From Paraphysomonas bandaiensis (taxonomy: Eukaryota > Protista > Chrysophyceae): a DNA stretch of 64,000 nt. The DNA is taken from contig CBFFRP010000271.1 in NCBI GenBank assembly GCA_965644295.1, positions 62,001 through 126,000 of the forward strand, given 5' to 3'. Both the position numbers and the translations under genes were made by a program. The notes under the pieces were generated by a model. That model was not told the origin of the DNA and did no database searches. It saw nothing but the letters and a program-made list of their open reading frames with translations. Position 1 is the stretch's first letter. Every line of letters starts with the position of its first letter. Below are positions 51,199-62,364 of this stretch, one piece after another.

Positions 51199-51969
51199 AT
51201 GGGAAACTCTTCATCATCAACTACATGTGGCAATACTACGCCAGCCAGAAAAACTCCCGCAACTACTACTGTGACAGGAACCACTGGGATAACTGCCCTA
51301 GGCGTGGCATCTGATTCACGAATTGCCGTGGCAGCTCAAAGTATGGCTCAGTTCCTCCATTCAACGATGACTAGAATAGACCGCTGTACTGTGGTGGGGT
51401 TTCATACTCAATACAAGCCTCTTGTCTCCCTGCAATCGGAGGATATGGCATTGATGGGCCTTGCTGCATGCTGCAGAATGACCAACGACAAAGAGAGCGG
51501 TGGTACTCATCTTTGGGACTCTATTGTGGTCTCAGTCTTGCAACACATCACTACTGCAGACCGATCACGACCGTGGGTGCTGGTGATTTTAACTGACGGT
51601 GGTGACAACGGCAGCAAGCAGACTTTGAAAGATGCCGCCCAGATCCTACAGAGATTCAACGCACCATCTAATAACTTCTGTTTCGTCATTGGGCTCGGAT
51701 CAGCCTGTCAAGAAACACAGCTAAAGTCACTCTGCTCTCAAAGTGGGTCTATGTACCTGCCCGCTCGAGATGCAGGTGCCCTGCATATGATCATGCCTCT
51801 CATCGCCCTGCAGGTGGTTCAGGGAGTCTCCATTGATGTCGGGCAAATCAGCCGCGCAGGAGGTGCTCAGGCGGCGTATGCCCGTGTCCGTGAGACTGTG
51901 GGACTGAGACAGAACCCGGTGGACTTTCTGTTCCTACTGGATGCTTCTGGATCTATGCGCTCGAAGTGA
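51199..51969 (+). CDS. Circularly permuted vWA-domain protein (array copy 1)
   Basis: 256 aa, MGNSSS start, C-terminal DASGS. Confidence 0.88.
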   Translation: MGNSSSSTTCGNTTPARKTPATTTVTGTTGITALGVASDSRIAVAAQSMAQFLHSTMTRIDRCTVVGFHTQYKPLVSLQSEDMALMGLAACCRMTNDKESGGTHLWDSIVVSVLQHITTADRSRPWVLVILTDGGDNGSKQTLKDAAQILQRFNAPSNNFCFVIGLGSACQETQLKSLCSQSGSMYLPARDAGALHMIMPLIALQVVQGVSIDVGQISRAGGAQAAYARVRETVGLRQNPVDFLFLLDASGSMRSK

Positions 51970-52386
51970 GACATCGAACCCAACCATTACCGCCTTTTTG
52001 GATACTACGATATTGTGATCTTATTATTGTACAGAATTATATATTTATTTGACAAATCGATCTAAACACAGACAATTATCTCTGTGTTGCATATGGCTGA
52101 ATTCTGAATTACAAGAATATTTTAATATCATTCACCATTTACCATGTATGCCAAGTAAACTCAATTATTAATTAATTAATTTTTTTTCATTTCATGTAGC
52201 GATATATTTCTGTTCATACATTCTATGGTATATAGTACATAGATGAAACATATGGATGGATATAGCACTAGCACAATATACTACAATAAAGCATTACATA
52301 GTAGAAATAAGTATTTACTGGGTTATCACGCTCCAAGGAACATTACATTCACCCTTCGTGAGTGGAGACGTGGATACCATCCCCAT

Positions 52387-55300
52387 TGTTGGGAAATGCT
52401 CATTTTACTTAGATCAAAGAGAGATTAAGTTGTTAGACTAGATAGATTTATTAATATCGTTTACACAAATTGTGTTAAACAACACAAGCTCGTTTTGTGC
52501 CATGCATAAATCACTACTTCTGTAGACCTTTCGCTACTAAACATATCTTGAAAGAGCAAACTATTTCAGTTTTCTCAATATCATAACAGCATCTACACAT
52601 CACCATACTTCACTGTATTCTCGTACATTGTCTTCAAGTACCACATTGAATATACTAGGATACAGTCCATATTCTAATACTCCCACTCAATGTAGAATGC
52701 AGTGATACGAAACAACAATGAGTACAGTGATCTTCATGCTATAAACTAGTCTCATAGGTAAAATAGATGTGAAATCTTATCAAGATACATATATAACTAG
52801 CAGTCAACTAGATATATAGTTATGTGGGATTCTCACCCACTAAAACACACCTTTAACCTCTTCGGGGTCGCTTCTTCTGCTGCTCCTCAACTCTGGTTGA
52901 CACACTTCTCTTAACCCCGGTAATAGTTTTCTCATGACGACTGAAAAGTTTCGTTGACAATGCCTTCGTGAAAATATCAGCCGCCATATCATCCGTCGAC
53001 ACATGAATCAACTTTGCCGTAGGAAATTTTCCATTTACATGCTCTCTCACCCAGTGATACTTGATGTCTATATGCTTCGACCTCTTATGATACACAGGAT
53101 TCTCGGAGAGATCTTTCGCACTCTTGCTATCCATAAAGAATGGAGTCGGCTTCGCAACTAAGAGCCCGAGCTCCTTGAACACCCCCCGAAGCCACACCAG
53201 TTCTTGCATAGCCGCATACTCCGCCATATATTCAGATTCCATGCTCGAAGTTGCAACTGTGGTCTGTAGTTTAGACTGCCAGGCCAATGCGCCTGCACAT
53301 AAGAACACAATGTATCCTGTTGTCGATCGCCGAGTCAGTCTATCACCAGCCCAATCTGAATCACTGAACACATGTAAGTCGAACTCACTCCCACTGAATC
53401 TGATGCCCTCATCAATTGTTCCACGCAAATATTTCAATAAGTGAATCGCCAGTTTGCACGATGCATATGTCGGACAACTACTAAATCGAGACAATAACCC
53501 CACTGCATAAGCCAGATCAGGTCTAGTATGCATTGCTAGATACAACACTGCTCCAATAATTTGCCGATACGGAAATGAGTCAACCCACTGCTTCTGCTCC
53601 TCCGTAAGTTCACGTTCCTCTGCCAACAGATCCTGAACATTAGTAGGTAGTGGGGCCTCCTTATTCTTACTACTCTTTCCCATAACTGAGCTGAATTTCT
53701 TGATAATATTCTTAGCATACTCAGATTGATCTAACATATACCAATTTTCTCCTCTGGTTATCCTGATGTTCAGAAATCGCTTACACACTCCCAGATCATG
53801 CATCTCGAATGTTTCACAGAACCTACGCTTTACGCTTTCCAAGTAAGTCAGATCAGCGGATGCAATTATGATATCATCAACATATATCAATAATAAATGC
53901 AGTTTTCCGTTACTCCATCGCATATACAAACACGTATCCAAAATACACGGAGTAAAATGCAATGATTTAATAAACTTGTCAATATGTTTATTCCACTGTC
54001 GCGGTGAAGATCGCAGTCCATACAATGCCTTGATTAGTTGAAAACACCATCCAGCTAGTAATTCCTCATCTGGTGGAGGTGCCATATACACGTCATCCTC
54101 CAGATCTGCATAGCAAAATGCGGATGATACATCTAATTGATGCACATGCATCTGTAACATAAACGCAATCGCTAACACTAGTCTAATGGTTATACCCTTA
54201 ACCACTGGAGCGAAAGTGGACGGCTCCTCCTCCTTCTTCTCTTGGAGATTTCCTAATGCCACTAGCCGAGCCTTGTACTTTACTATATTCCCTAGTATGT
54301 CTCGCTTCACCGTATGCACATATTTCGCTCTAACTAATTTCACTCCGCTTGGAATTTTCACGATCTTCAAGACACGTCTTTTCAGCAATGATGTCTTCTC
54401 CACCATTCGAGCTTTTCTCCATTGTTGATACTGTGGAGATCTCTCTGCCTCGGCATATGAATTTGGTATCTTGATATCTTCTGTCTCTGCATGGTTAAGA
54501 TCAATATTATGCGCATCCGGTACTTCAACCATATTAATCTCTCCTAAAACTGACGCGTTTGCCAGTCTCCGCTGCAGCCGTTTGCGTCGGACCCGACCAT
54601 CACCATCTAGTTCAATCGGTCGACGAGGTATATAAGAACCCGTACCTTGCTCATCCTGAGCACGCACATCGTGCGTTGTGGGAGGAGCCCCGCTCACAAC
54701 CCCAGACTCATAGTCTTCAGAGGTCTGCAACCTCACAGCTGTCTCCTGACAGGTTGGGTCAGGACTCTCCTGTAACCCTCCAGGTCTTCCCTGGTCCAGC
54801 ACCCTGGCTGGCATAGTACTCAGGGCGTCCCCCTTTCCTATATATCCGGTATTCCCGGGAGTTTCTGCAGTCATTCGCACTACGTCCTCGACGTGAATCG
54901 GCACCCGGTGCTCGATATGCTTCCGACCTGCAGTTACCAGAGATCGATAGGCTACTATTACCCCCTTTCGTTCTACTACTCTCGTGGTCTTGTAGAGAAG
55001 ACCATCCTCATCATCAATATGATATGTACCTTCTAAGCCCGCATAGTCAGACACAATTTTCGGTCTCTCGGCCTCCTTCACTCGAAGAGCATCTATCTCA
55101 GCGAAATAGCTCTCCGAGCGTGACGGTATGGACTCATCAGTTAATACATGTACCGACGTGACGACCCTATCAGTCGCAGGTAGATATACATCATATCCTA
55201 CCTTTTCATCTGAATATCCTATCAGATATCCGATAAGGGCCTTGTCGTCCCAGTCTTTCCGTCGATCCGCCTTTGTAGTGAGGACATACGCACGACACCC

Positions 55301-57841
55301 CCATACTCTGAGATATTTCAGGTTGGGAGCCTCACCAGTCAAAAATTCAAGAGGGGACATATACCCCTTCGCTGTCTTTGTAGGCAATCGAATTAATATG
55401 TACCTGGCTGCCATGTAGGCATCTAGCCAAAACTGTGAAGGCAATCCTGACTGAATCAGCATCGCTAATGTCATCTCACCACAGGTCCTGAATTTCCGCT
55501 CCTCAATCGCGTTCATCTCAGGAGAGTCCGTAGAGCTCCACGTATGTTGATAGCAACCCTGTGACCTAAGATATTGTCGCAGCTCATCACATATTAGCTC
55601 CCCTGCTCCATCTGCATGGTAATGATGCATTTCTAATTTGTACCTTTTCACATCTCCTTCAAAAATCTTCTTGAAAACCTGCAGTACCGATGACCCAGTC
55701 CTATGAACAAGCCCTTCCGACCAGAACATCCGACTGGCATGGTGTGTTAGTTTGAGCACATATATTTCCCCTCCTCGAGCTGGACAATTTAAGTATACTG
55801 CTATATCGGCCGAGAAATTTGGACGAACGGAGTCCTCATCCTTTGTCCGAAAACTTACTCTGGTGATCTTCGCCCTGGCGCATACATCACATAGACACTG
55901 TTCTTTGGAAACACGTTTCGAGAGATGTTTTCGTTTCAGTCCAGTCCCAATAATTAGCATTCTTTTGTGGGCTTCTACCAACGCATGCTTGTTAAAATGA
56001 CCCGCTCTCCTATGTAACAGCTCCAGTTCATCCTCACCCGTACGGTCACTGAGATTTACTTCTGAATCACTGGATGTCGATACGTCTGGAAGCTCCAATA
56101 ACTGCTGTGTTGGCACAGCAGTCATTCCATTCTTCATAGGTCCCTCCAACACCAGCTCATCCGTATTTCTGTCATATATCTGTATACCATACCATACAGT
56201 AAATCGATATCCCATATCGTTCAACTTCCGTCCAGAACAAAGACACCGATTTATCTGACTTGATACCTCAATGTTCTTCCATGCTCCACGGGAACCTACA
56301 CTCGTGACGCATATCTCTGACCCTTTTTTCGAACCATTAATAACCTTTGATGTGTGCATATGACTATCAAGTATATTCACATCATTTATCAAAAACATTG
56401 ATGACGAACAACAGGTATCAATGTATGTATAGTGAATATCCTCATGCACACTACTGCATATATTCGTCTCATACACATTACATGACAAGTGATACTCTTC
56501 CTGTTGCTCGATCATATTTGCTTCGTCTTCGTCAGACAAATCCGCTGGCTCTCCACGCCTGATGTTTTCAACTGTAAGTAGTCTTTTGTCTGGTTTCCTT
56601 CCATCTTGAAACCTCACAGCCTTGCTCTTGCTTTGCGAGTACTTCTTTTTCGATGCTGGACAATCGATGGCAAGATGTTCCTTTGACTTACAATTTCTGC
56701 ACCCAGTATATTCGGCACTTCCAGGTCGCTGCCCTGTAATCTCTGTATCCTTCTTCATCGGCTTCTTCTTACCGTTGTTCTTCTTACGATGATCCCTCTC
56801 TCTGCGATATCGTTTCTTACTGTCTATCAGGTTCAGCTCCTCCACTCTTTTACGCTTCTTCTCCAACGCTTCCTTCCCAGCCATAGTATCATCATAGCCT
56901 TCTATCTTACGTGATACAGTTACATAATTAACATCATCATCCATCAAGTATAATCCAACTCTCAGTTGAGCATACTCTTCATTGAGCAAGCCTTCTCGTA
57001 GTCGACTTGTTTTTGATACCTCCGAGATATCCTGCTGCTGCTCCTGTAGTTCCTTCAGCAGTAGTTCGAACCGTAGTACGTAGTCCTTCGCCGTCTCCTC
57101 CGGACGCATACGGAAAGAACCATATTGAGTTAAGAGGTCACTGATCCTATTTTGCTTCCCTCCAGCAAAACACTTCTTCAACTCATCAATCATTACATGT
57201 GTTTTGAACCTGTTTACACCACTCCCTTCTGCCTTGAACGCTTTGTGGGTAAGATGGAATTTACGCAGCGCTTTCGGGGAATGCTGCACCGCATCCCTGC
57301 AGTAAGAATAAGCTATGGCGTTCGCCTTCCAATACCTCTTCACAGCCTGTCTGTACGCCTTCTCCTCCATCAACGTAAGTGGCTGCTCCCCGAAGTCGCT
57401 CTCCTTAGGTGGCAGTTCCACCGCTACCTCGCTTTGTTCCTTCCTCATAAGGAATGTCTCGAAGTCCTCAATCCATTGTTCAACGTTAGTCTCGTTGAAC
57501 TGAGGAACTACTCCTCTATCCTCCTTCTCTCCTCCTCGCTCGCTACCATGTTGGGAAATGCTCATTTTACTTAGATCAAAGAGAGATTAAGTTGTTAGAC
57601 TAGATAGATTTATTAATATCGTTTACACAAATTGTGTTAAACAACACAAGCTCGTTTTGTGCCATGCATAAATCACTACTTCTGTAGACCTTTCGCTACT
57701 AAACATATCTTGAAAGAGCAAACTATTTCAGTTTTCTCAATATCATAACAGCATCTACACATCACCATACTTCACTGTATTCTCGTACATTGTCTTCAAG
57801 TACCACATTGAATATACTAGGATACAGTCCATATTCTAATA
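52387..57841 (-). mobile_element. Intact Ty1/Copia LTR retrotransposon, 5455 bp
   Basis: 293-bp LTRs (52387-52679 and 57549-57841) identical by eye, 5-bp TSD CCCAT, PBS TGGTAGCGAGC, PPT AGTGGGAG. Empty sites (accatccccattcag) in the other array units. Confidence 0.97.
52853..57565 (-). CDS. Copia gag-pol polyprotein (Gag CCHC, PR, IN, RT, RNase H)
   Basis: CRNCKSKEHLAIDC; HRRAGH..CDVC; ADGAGE..EERKFRT; KARLVA, LIYVDDII; SDSDWAG..RSKHIDIKYH. Confidence 0.97.
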   Translation of the reverse strand: MSISQHGSERGGEKEDRGVVPQFNETNVEQWIEDFETFLMRKEQSEVAVELPPKESDFGEQPLTLMEEKAYRQAVKRYWKANAIAYSYCRDAVQHSPKALRKFHLTHKAFKAEGSGVNRFKTHVMIDELKKCFAGGKQNRISDLLTQYGSFRMRPEETAKDYVLRFELLLKELQEQQQDISEVSKTSRLREGLLNEEYAQLRVGLYLMDDDVNYVTVSRKIEGYDDTMAGKEALEKKRKRVEELNLIDSKKRYRRERDHRKKNNGKKKPMKKDTEITGQRPGSAEYTGCRNCKSKEHLAIDCPASKKKYSQSKSKAVRFQDGRKPDKRLLTVENIRRGEPADLSDEDEANMIEQQEEYHLSCNVYETNICSSVHEDIHYTYIDTCCSSSMFLINDVNILDSHMHTSKVINGSKKGSEICVTSVGSRGAWKNIEVSSQINRCLCSGRKLNDMGYRFTVWYGIQIYDRNTDELVLEGPMKNGMTAVPTQQLLELPDVSTSSDSEVNLSDRTGEDELELLHRRAGHFNKHALVEAHKRMLIIGTGLKRKHLSKRVSKEQCLCDVCARAKITRVSFRTKDEDSVRPNFSADIAVYLNCPARGGEIYVLKLTHHASRMFWSEGLVHRTGSSVLQVFKKIFEGDVKRYKLEMHHYHADGAGELICDELRQYLRSQGCYQHTWSSTDSPEMNAIEERKFRTCGEMTLAMLIQSGLPSQFWLDAYMAARYILIRLPTKTAKGYMSPLEFLTGEAPNLKYLRVWGCRAYVLTTKADRRKDWDDKALIGYLIGYSDEKVGYDVYLPATDRVVTSVHVLTDESIPSRSESYFAEIDALRVKEAERPKIVSDYAGLEGTYHIDDEDGLLYKTTRVVERKGVIVAYRSLVTAGRKHIEHRVPIHVEDVVRMTAETPGNTGYIGKGDALSTMPARVLDQGRPGGLQESPDPTCQETAVRLQTSEDYESGVVSGAPPTTHDVRAQDEQGTGSYIPRRPIELDGDGRVRRKRLQRRLANASVLGEINMVEVPDAHNIDLNHAETEDIKIPNSYAEAERSPQYQQWRKARMVEKTSLLKRRVLKIVKIPSGVKLVRAKYVHTVKRDILGNIVKYKARLVALGNLQEKKEEEPSTFAPVVKGITIRLVLAIAFMLQMHVHQLDVSSAFCYADLEDDVYMAPPPDEELLAGWCFQLIKALYGLRSSPRQWNKHIDKFIKSLHFTPCILDTCLYMRWSNGKLHLLLIYVDDIIIASADLTYLESVKRRFCETFEMHDLGVCKRFLNIRITRGENWYMLDQSEYAKNIIKKFSSVMGKSSKNKEAPLPTNVQDLLAEERELTEEQKQWVDSFPYRQIIGAVLYLAMHTRPDLAYAVGLLSRFSSCPTYASCKLAIHLLKYLRGTIDEGIRFSGSEFDLHVFSDSDWAGDRLTRRSTTGYIVFLCAGALAWQSKLQTTVATSSMESEYMAEYAAMQELVWLRGVFKELGLLVAKPTPFFMDSKSAKDLSENPVYHKRSKHIDIKYHWVREHVNGKFPTAKLIHVSTDDMAADIFTKALSTKLFSRHEKTITGVKRSVSTRVEEQQKKRPRRG

Positions 57842-59124
57842 CCCATTCAGCCACTATGCTAACCAGATCCCGGACTGCATAACTTATCTTGCTATGAGGT
57901 TTCATACACTCAAAGAAGAAAAGCTATATAGCATTGCTTGCTTCTTTTATACTATTCTGTTTTATTAGTGTGTGTACATTTCACGATATTCTACGGATAA
58001 TCAATATAGTTGGCATTCCCAACATTAAAGAGGGAAATGGATATGGCATATGGCAGAGCTACATAATGCATACACAAACAGATTATGACACAACAATGTA
58101 TAAGAAACACTGATATAATTCAAACCGTGTAGGATATTAAATGGAATAAACTGTCAATTCCACAATAACATAACATAATATAACCTACCACAGTTGTTGA
58201 ATGACTAATATGGCATTCATCAGAATCTACACGCAATTAGTCCATTTGCTTTTGTATGACTAAGTATAAACATATTAAAGTTGAAGTGCATATATAATCA
58301 TATGTAATTCCACTCGCGTAAGCGATGGGTTGTCAAGCTAACCAAGACTCCTCCATACACAACAACTCCTGTTTCTCCTCTTGTATGTACTCAACCGCTC
58401 AGCGACACACGAATCACAAGAGTTCTAATCGCAAGTCGATATTTAATTTACAATGGTAGAGGTTTCAGAGTCAACACGAGGAGTGAGGGTACTCAGCTGG
58501 CTTGTTGTAAGCACTGCATATGCAGTCGCCGTTGTTCTTCGTCCATAAACAAACTCAATAACATGTCATCCTTCGAGATTGAATTCCACACAACACACTA
58601 TCACCAATATTAGCTCACCCTGAAGCTACTTTAAGAATGGTGTATGGCCTTATGGGCATATTCAATGCACTTCACTGAGGCTCCGACAGATATCACTGAT
58701 ATGAAAATTTCACTGAAAAAGTCTCGGATTCTGCTGTGAAAATATAAGCCCAACCTGACCAAGAGACACGAGGTCATAACCAACAAATATAATGTGCAAA
58801 ATACTTACTTTGCTTCCAGCGACATTCACTGCTGCTGATAAGTGTGCTGTGATCTGTGTCGGAACTATCTCTCAAACAGCACACAGTCTGTGCAGCAGCC
58901 GTACCAGAACTCTATACACAGCAGTCTATACCTACAGCCTACAGCGCAGTGTGGGCCAACGGAATACTGCTGTGTACAATGTATACTACGGTCGTACAGC
59001 CGGCAGATTCTCGCCATGAAGATATTTTTTTGAAGAATATGCGGACATTTCTGATTTTGTCTGCAAATCCAAATCATCCGTCCATTCCATACATAACTCT
59101 TCTCCACAAACACAACTCAAAGCA

Positions 59125-59895
59125 ATGGGAAACTCTTCATCATCAACTACATGTGGCAATACTACGCCAGCCAGAAAAACTCCCGCAACTACTACTGTGA
59201 CAGGAACCACTGGGATAACTGCCCTAGGCGTGGCATCTGATTCACGAATTGCCGTGGCAGCTCAAAGTATGGCTCAGTTCCTCCATTCAACGATGACTAG
59301 AATAGACCGCTGTACTGTGGTGGGGTTTCATACTCAATACAAGCCTCTTGTCTCCCTGCAATCGGAGGATATGGCATTGATGGGCCTTGCTGCATGCTGC
59401 AGAATGACCAACGACAAAGAGAGCGGTGGTACTCATCTTTGGGACTCTATTGTGGTCTCAGTCTTGCAACACATCACTACTGCAGACCGATCACGACCGT
59501 GGGTGCTGGTGATTTTAACTGACGGTGGTGACAACGGCAGCAAGCAGACTTTGAAAGATGCCGCCCAGATCCTACAGAGATTCAACGCACCATCTAATAA
59601 CTTCTGTTTCGTCATTGGGCTCGGATCAGCCTGTCAAGAAACACAGCTAAAGTCACTCTGCTCTCAAAGTGGGTCTATGTACCTGCCCGCTCGAGATGCA
59701 GGTGCCCTGCATATGATCATGCCTCTCATCGCCCTGCAGGTGGTTCAGGGAGTCTCCATTGATGTCGGGCAAATCAGCCGCGCAGGAGGTGCTCAGGCGG
59801 CGTATGCCCGTGTCCGTGAGACTGTGGGACTGAGACAGAACCCGGTGGACTTTCTGTTCCTACTGGATGCTTCTGGATCTATGCGCTCGAAGTGA
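59125..59895 (+). CDS. Circularly permuted vWA-domain protein (array copy 2)
   Basis: Protein identical to copy 1. Confidence 0.88.
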   Translation: MGNSSSSTTCGNTTPARKTPATTTVTGTTGITALGVASDSRIAVAAQSMAQFLHSTMTRIDRCTVVGFHTQYKPLVSLQSEDMALMGLAACCRMTNDKESGGTHLWDSIVVSVLQHITTADRSRPWVLVILTDGGDNGSKQTLKDAAQILQRFNAPSNNFCFVIGLGSACQETQLKSLCSQSGSMYLPARDAGALHMIMPLIALQVVQGVSIDVGQISRAGGAQAAYARVRETVGLRQNPVDFLFLLDASGSMRSK

Positions 59896-61593
59896 GACAT
59901 CGAACCCAACCATTACCGCCTTTTTGGATACTACGATATTGTGATCTTATTATTGTACAGAATTATATATTTATTTGACAAATCGATCTAAACACAGACA
60001 ATTATCTCTGTGTTGCATATGGCTGAATTCTGAATTACAAGAATATTTTAATATCATTCACCATTTACCATGTATGCCAAGTAAACTCAATTATTAATTA
60101 ATTAATTTTTTTTCATTTCATGTAGCGATATATTTCTGTTCATACATTCTATGGTATATAGTACATAGATGAAACATATGGATGGATATAGCACTAGCAC
60201 AATATACTACAATAAAGCATTACATAGTAGAAATAAGTATTTACTGGGTTATCACACTCCGAGGAACGTTACATTCACCCTTCGTGAGTGGAGACGTGGA
60301 TACCATCCCCATTCAGCCACTATGCTAACCAGATCCCGGACTGCATAACTTACCTTGCTATGAGGTTTCATACACTCAAAGAAGAAAAGCTATATAGCAT
60401 TGCTTGCTTCTTTTATACTATTCTGTTTTATTAGTGTGTGTACATTTCACGATATTCTACGGATAATCAATATAGTTGGCATTCCCAACATTAAAGAGGG
60501 AAATGGATATGGCATATGGCAGAGCTACATAATGCATACACAAACAGATTATGACACAACAATGTATAAGAAACACTGATATAATTCAAACCGTGTAGGA
60601 TATTAAATGGAATAAACTGTCAATTCCACAATAACATAACATAATATAACCTACCACAGTTGTTGAATGACTAATATGGCATTCATCAGAATCTACACGC
60701 AATTAGTCCATTTGCTTTTGTATGACTAAGTATAAACATATTAAAGTTGAAGTGCATATATAATCATATGTAATTCCACTCGCGTAAGCGATGGGTTGTC
60801 AAGCTAACCAAGACTCCTCCATACACAACAACTCCTGTTTCTCCTCTTGTATGTACTCAACCGCTCAGCGACACACGAATCACAAGAGTTCTAATCGCAA
60901 GTCGATATTTAATTTACAATGGTAGAGGTTTCAGAGTCAACACGAGGAGTGAGGGTACTCAGCTGGCTTGTTGTAAGCACTGCATATGCAGTCGCCGTTG
61001 TTCTTCGTCCATAAACAAACTCAATAACATGTCATCCTTCGAGATTGAATTCCACACAACACACTATCACCAATATTAGCTCACCCTGAAGCTACTTTAA
61101 GAATGGTGTATGGCCTTATGGGCATATTCAATGCACTTCACTGAGGCTCCGACAGATATCACTGATATGAAAATTTCACTGAAAAAGTCTCGGATTCTGC
61201 TGTGAAAATATAAGCCCAACCTGACCAAGAGACACGAGGTCATAACCAACAAATATAATGTGCAAAATACTTACTTTGCTTCCAGCGACATTCACTGCTG
61301 CTGATAAGTGTGCTGTGATCTGTGTCGGAACTATCTCTCAAACAGCACACAGTCTGTGCAGCAGTAGCCGTACCAGAACTCTATACACAGCAGTCTATAC
61401 CTACAGCCTACAGCGCAGTGTGGGCCAACGGAATACTGCTGTGTACAATGTATACTACGGTCGTACAGCCGGCAGATTCTCGCCATGAAGATATTTTTTT
61501 GAAGAATATGCGGACATTTCTGATTTTGTCTGCAAATCCAAATCATCCGTCCATTCCATACATAACTCTTCTCCACAAACACAACTCAAAGCA

Positions 61594-62364
61594 ATGGGAA
61601 ACTCTTCATCATCAACTACATGTGGCAATACTACGCCAGCCAGAAAAACTCCCGCAACTACTACTGTGACAGGAACCACTGGGATAACTGCCCTAGGCGT
61701 GGCATCTGATTCACGAATTGCCGTGGCAGCTCAAAGTATGGCTCAGTTCCTCCATTCAACGATGACTAGAATAGACCGCTGTACTGTGGTGGGGTTTCAT
61801 ACTCAATACAAGCCTCTTGTCTCCCTGCAATCGGAGGATATGGCATTGATGGGCCTTGCTGCATGCTGCAGAATGACCAACGACAAAGAGAGCGGTGGTA
61901 CTCATCTTTGGGACTCTATTGTGGTCTCAGTCTTGCAACACATCACTACTGCAGACCGATCACGACCGTGGGTGCTGGTGATTTTAACTGACGGTGGTGA
62001 CAACGGCAGCAAGCAGACTTTGAAAGATGCCGCCCAGATCCTACAGAGATTCAACGCACCATCTAATAACTTCTGTTTCGTCATTGGGCTCGGATCAGCC
62101 TGTCAAGAAACACAGCTAAAGTCACTCTGCTCTCAAAGTGGGTCTATGTACCTGCCCGCTCGAGATGCAGGTGCCCTGCATATGATCATGCCTCTCATCG
62201 CCCTGCAGGTGGTTCAGGGAGTCTCCATTGATGTCGGGCAAATCAGCCGCGCAGGAGGTGCTCAGGCGGCGTATGCCCGTGTCCGTGAGACTGTGGGACT
62301 GAGACAGAACCCGGTGGACTTTCTGTTCCTACTGGATGCTTCTGGATCTATGCGCTCGAAGTGA
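61594..62364 (+). CDS. Circularly permuted vWA-domain protein (array copy 3)
   Basis: Protein identical to copy 1. Confidence 0.88.
   Translation: MGNSSSSTTCGNTTPARKTPATTTVTGTTGITALGVASDSRIAVAAQSMAQFLHSTMTRIDRCTVVGFHTQYKPLVSLQSEDMALMGLAACCRMTNDKESGGTHLWDSIVVSVLQHITTADRSRPWVLVILTDGGDNGSKQTLKDAAQILQRFNAPSNNFCFVIGLGSACQETQLKSLCSQSGSMYLPARDAGALHMIMPLIALQVVQGVSIDVGQISRAGGAQAAYARVRETVGLRQNPVDFLFLLDASGSMRSK

Noticed and set aside
50866-51284. Small ORFs upstream of each vWA copy
   Set aside because: Conserved only because the units are near-identical; no motifs, and not preserved in the dispersed copy.
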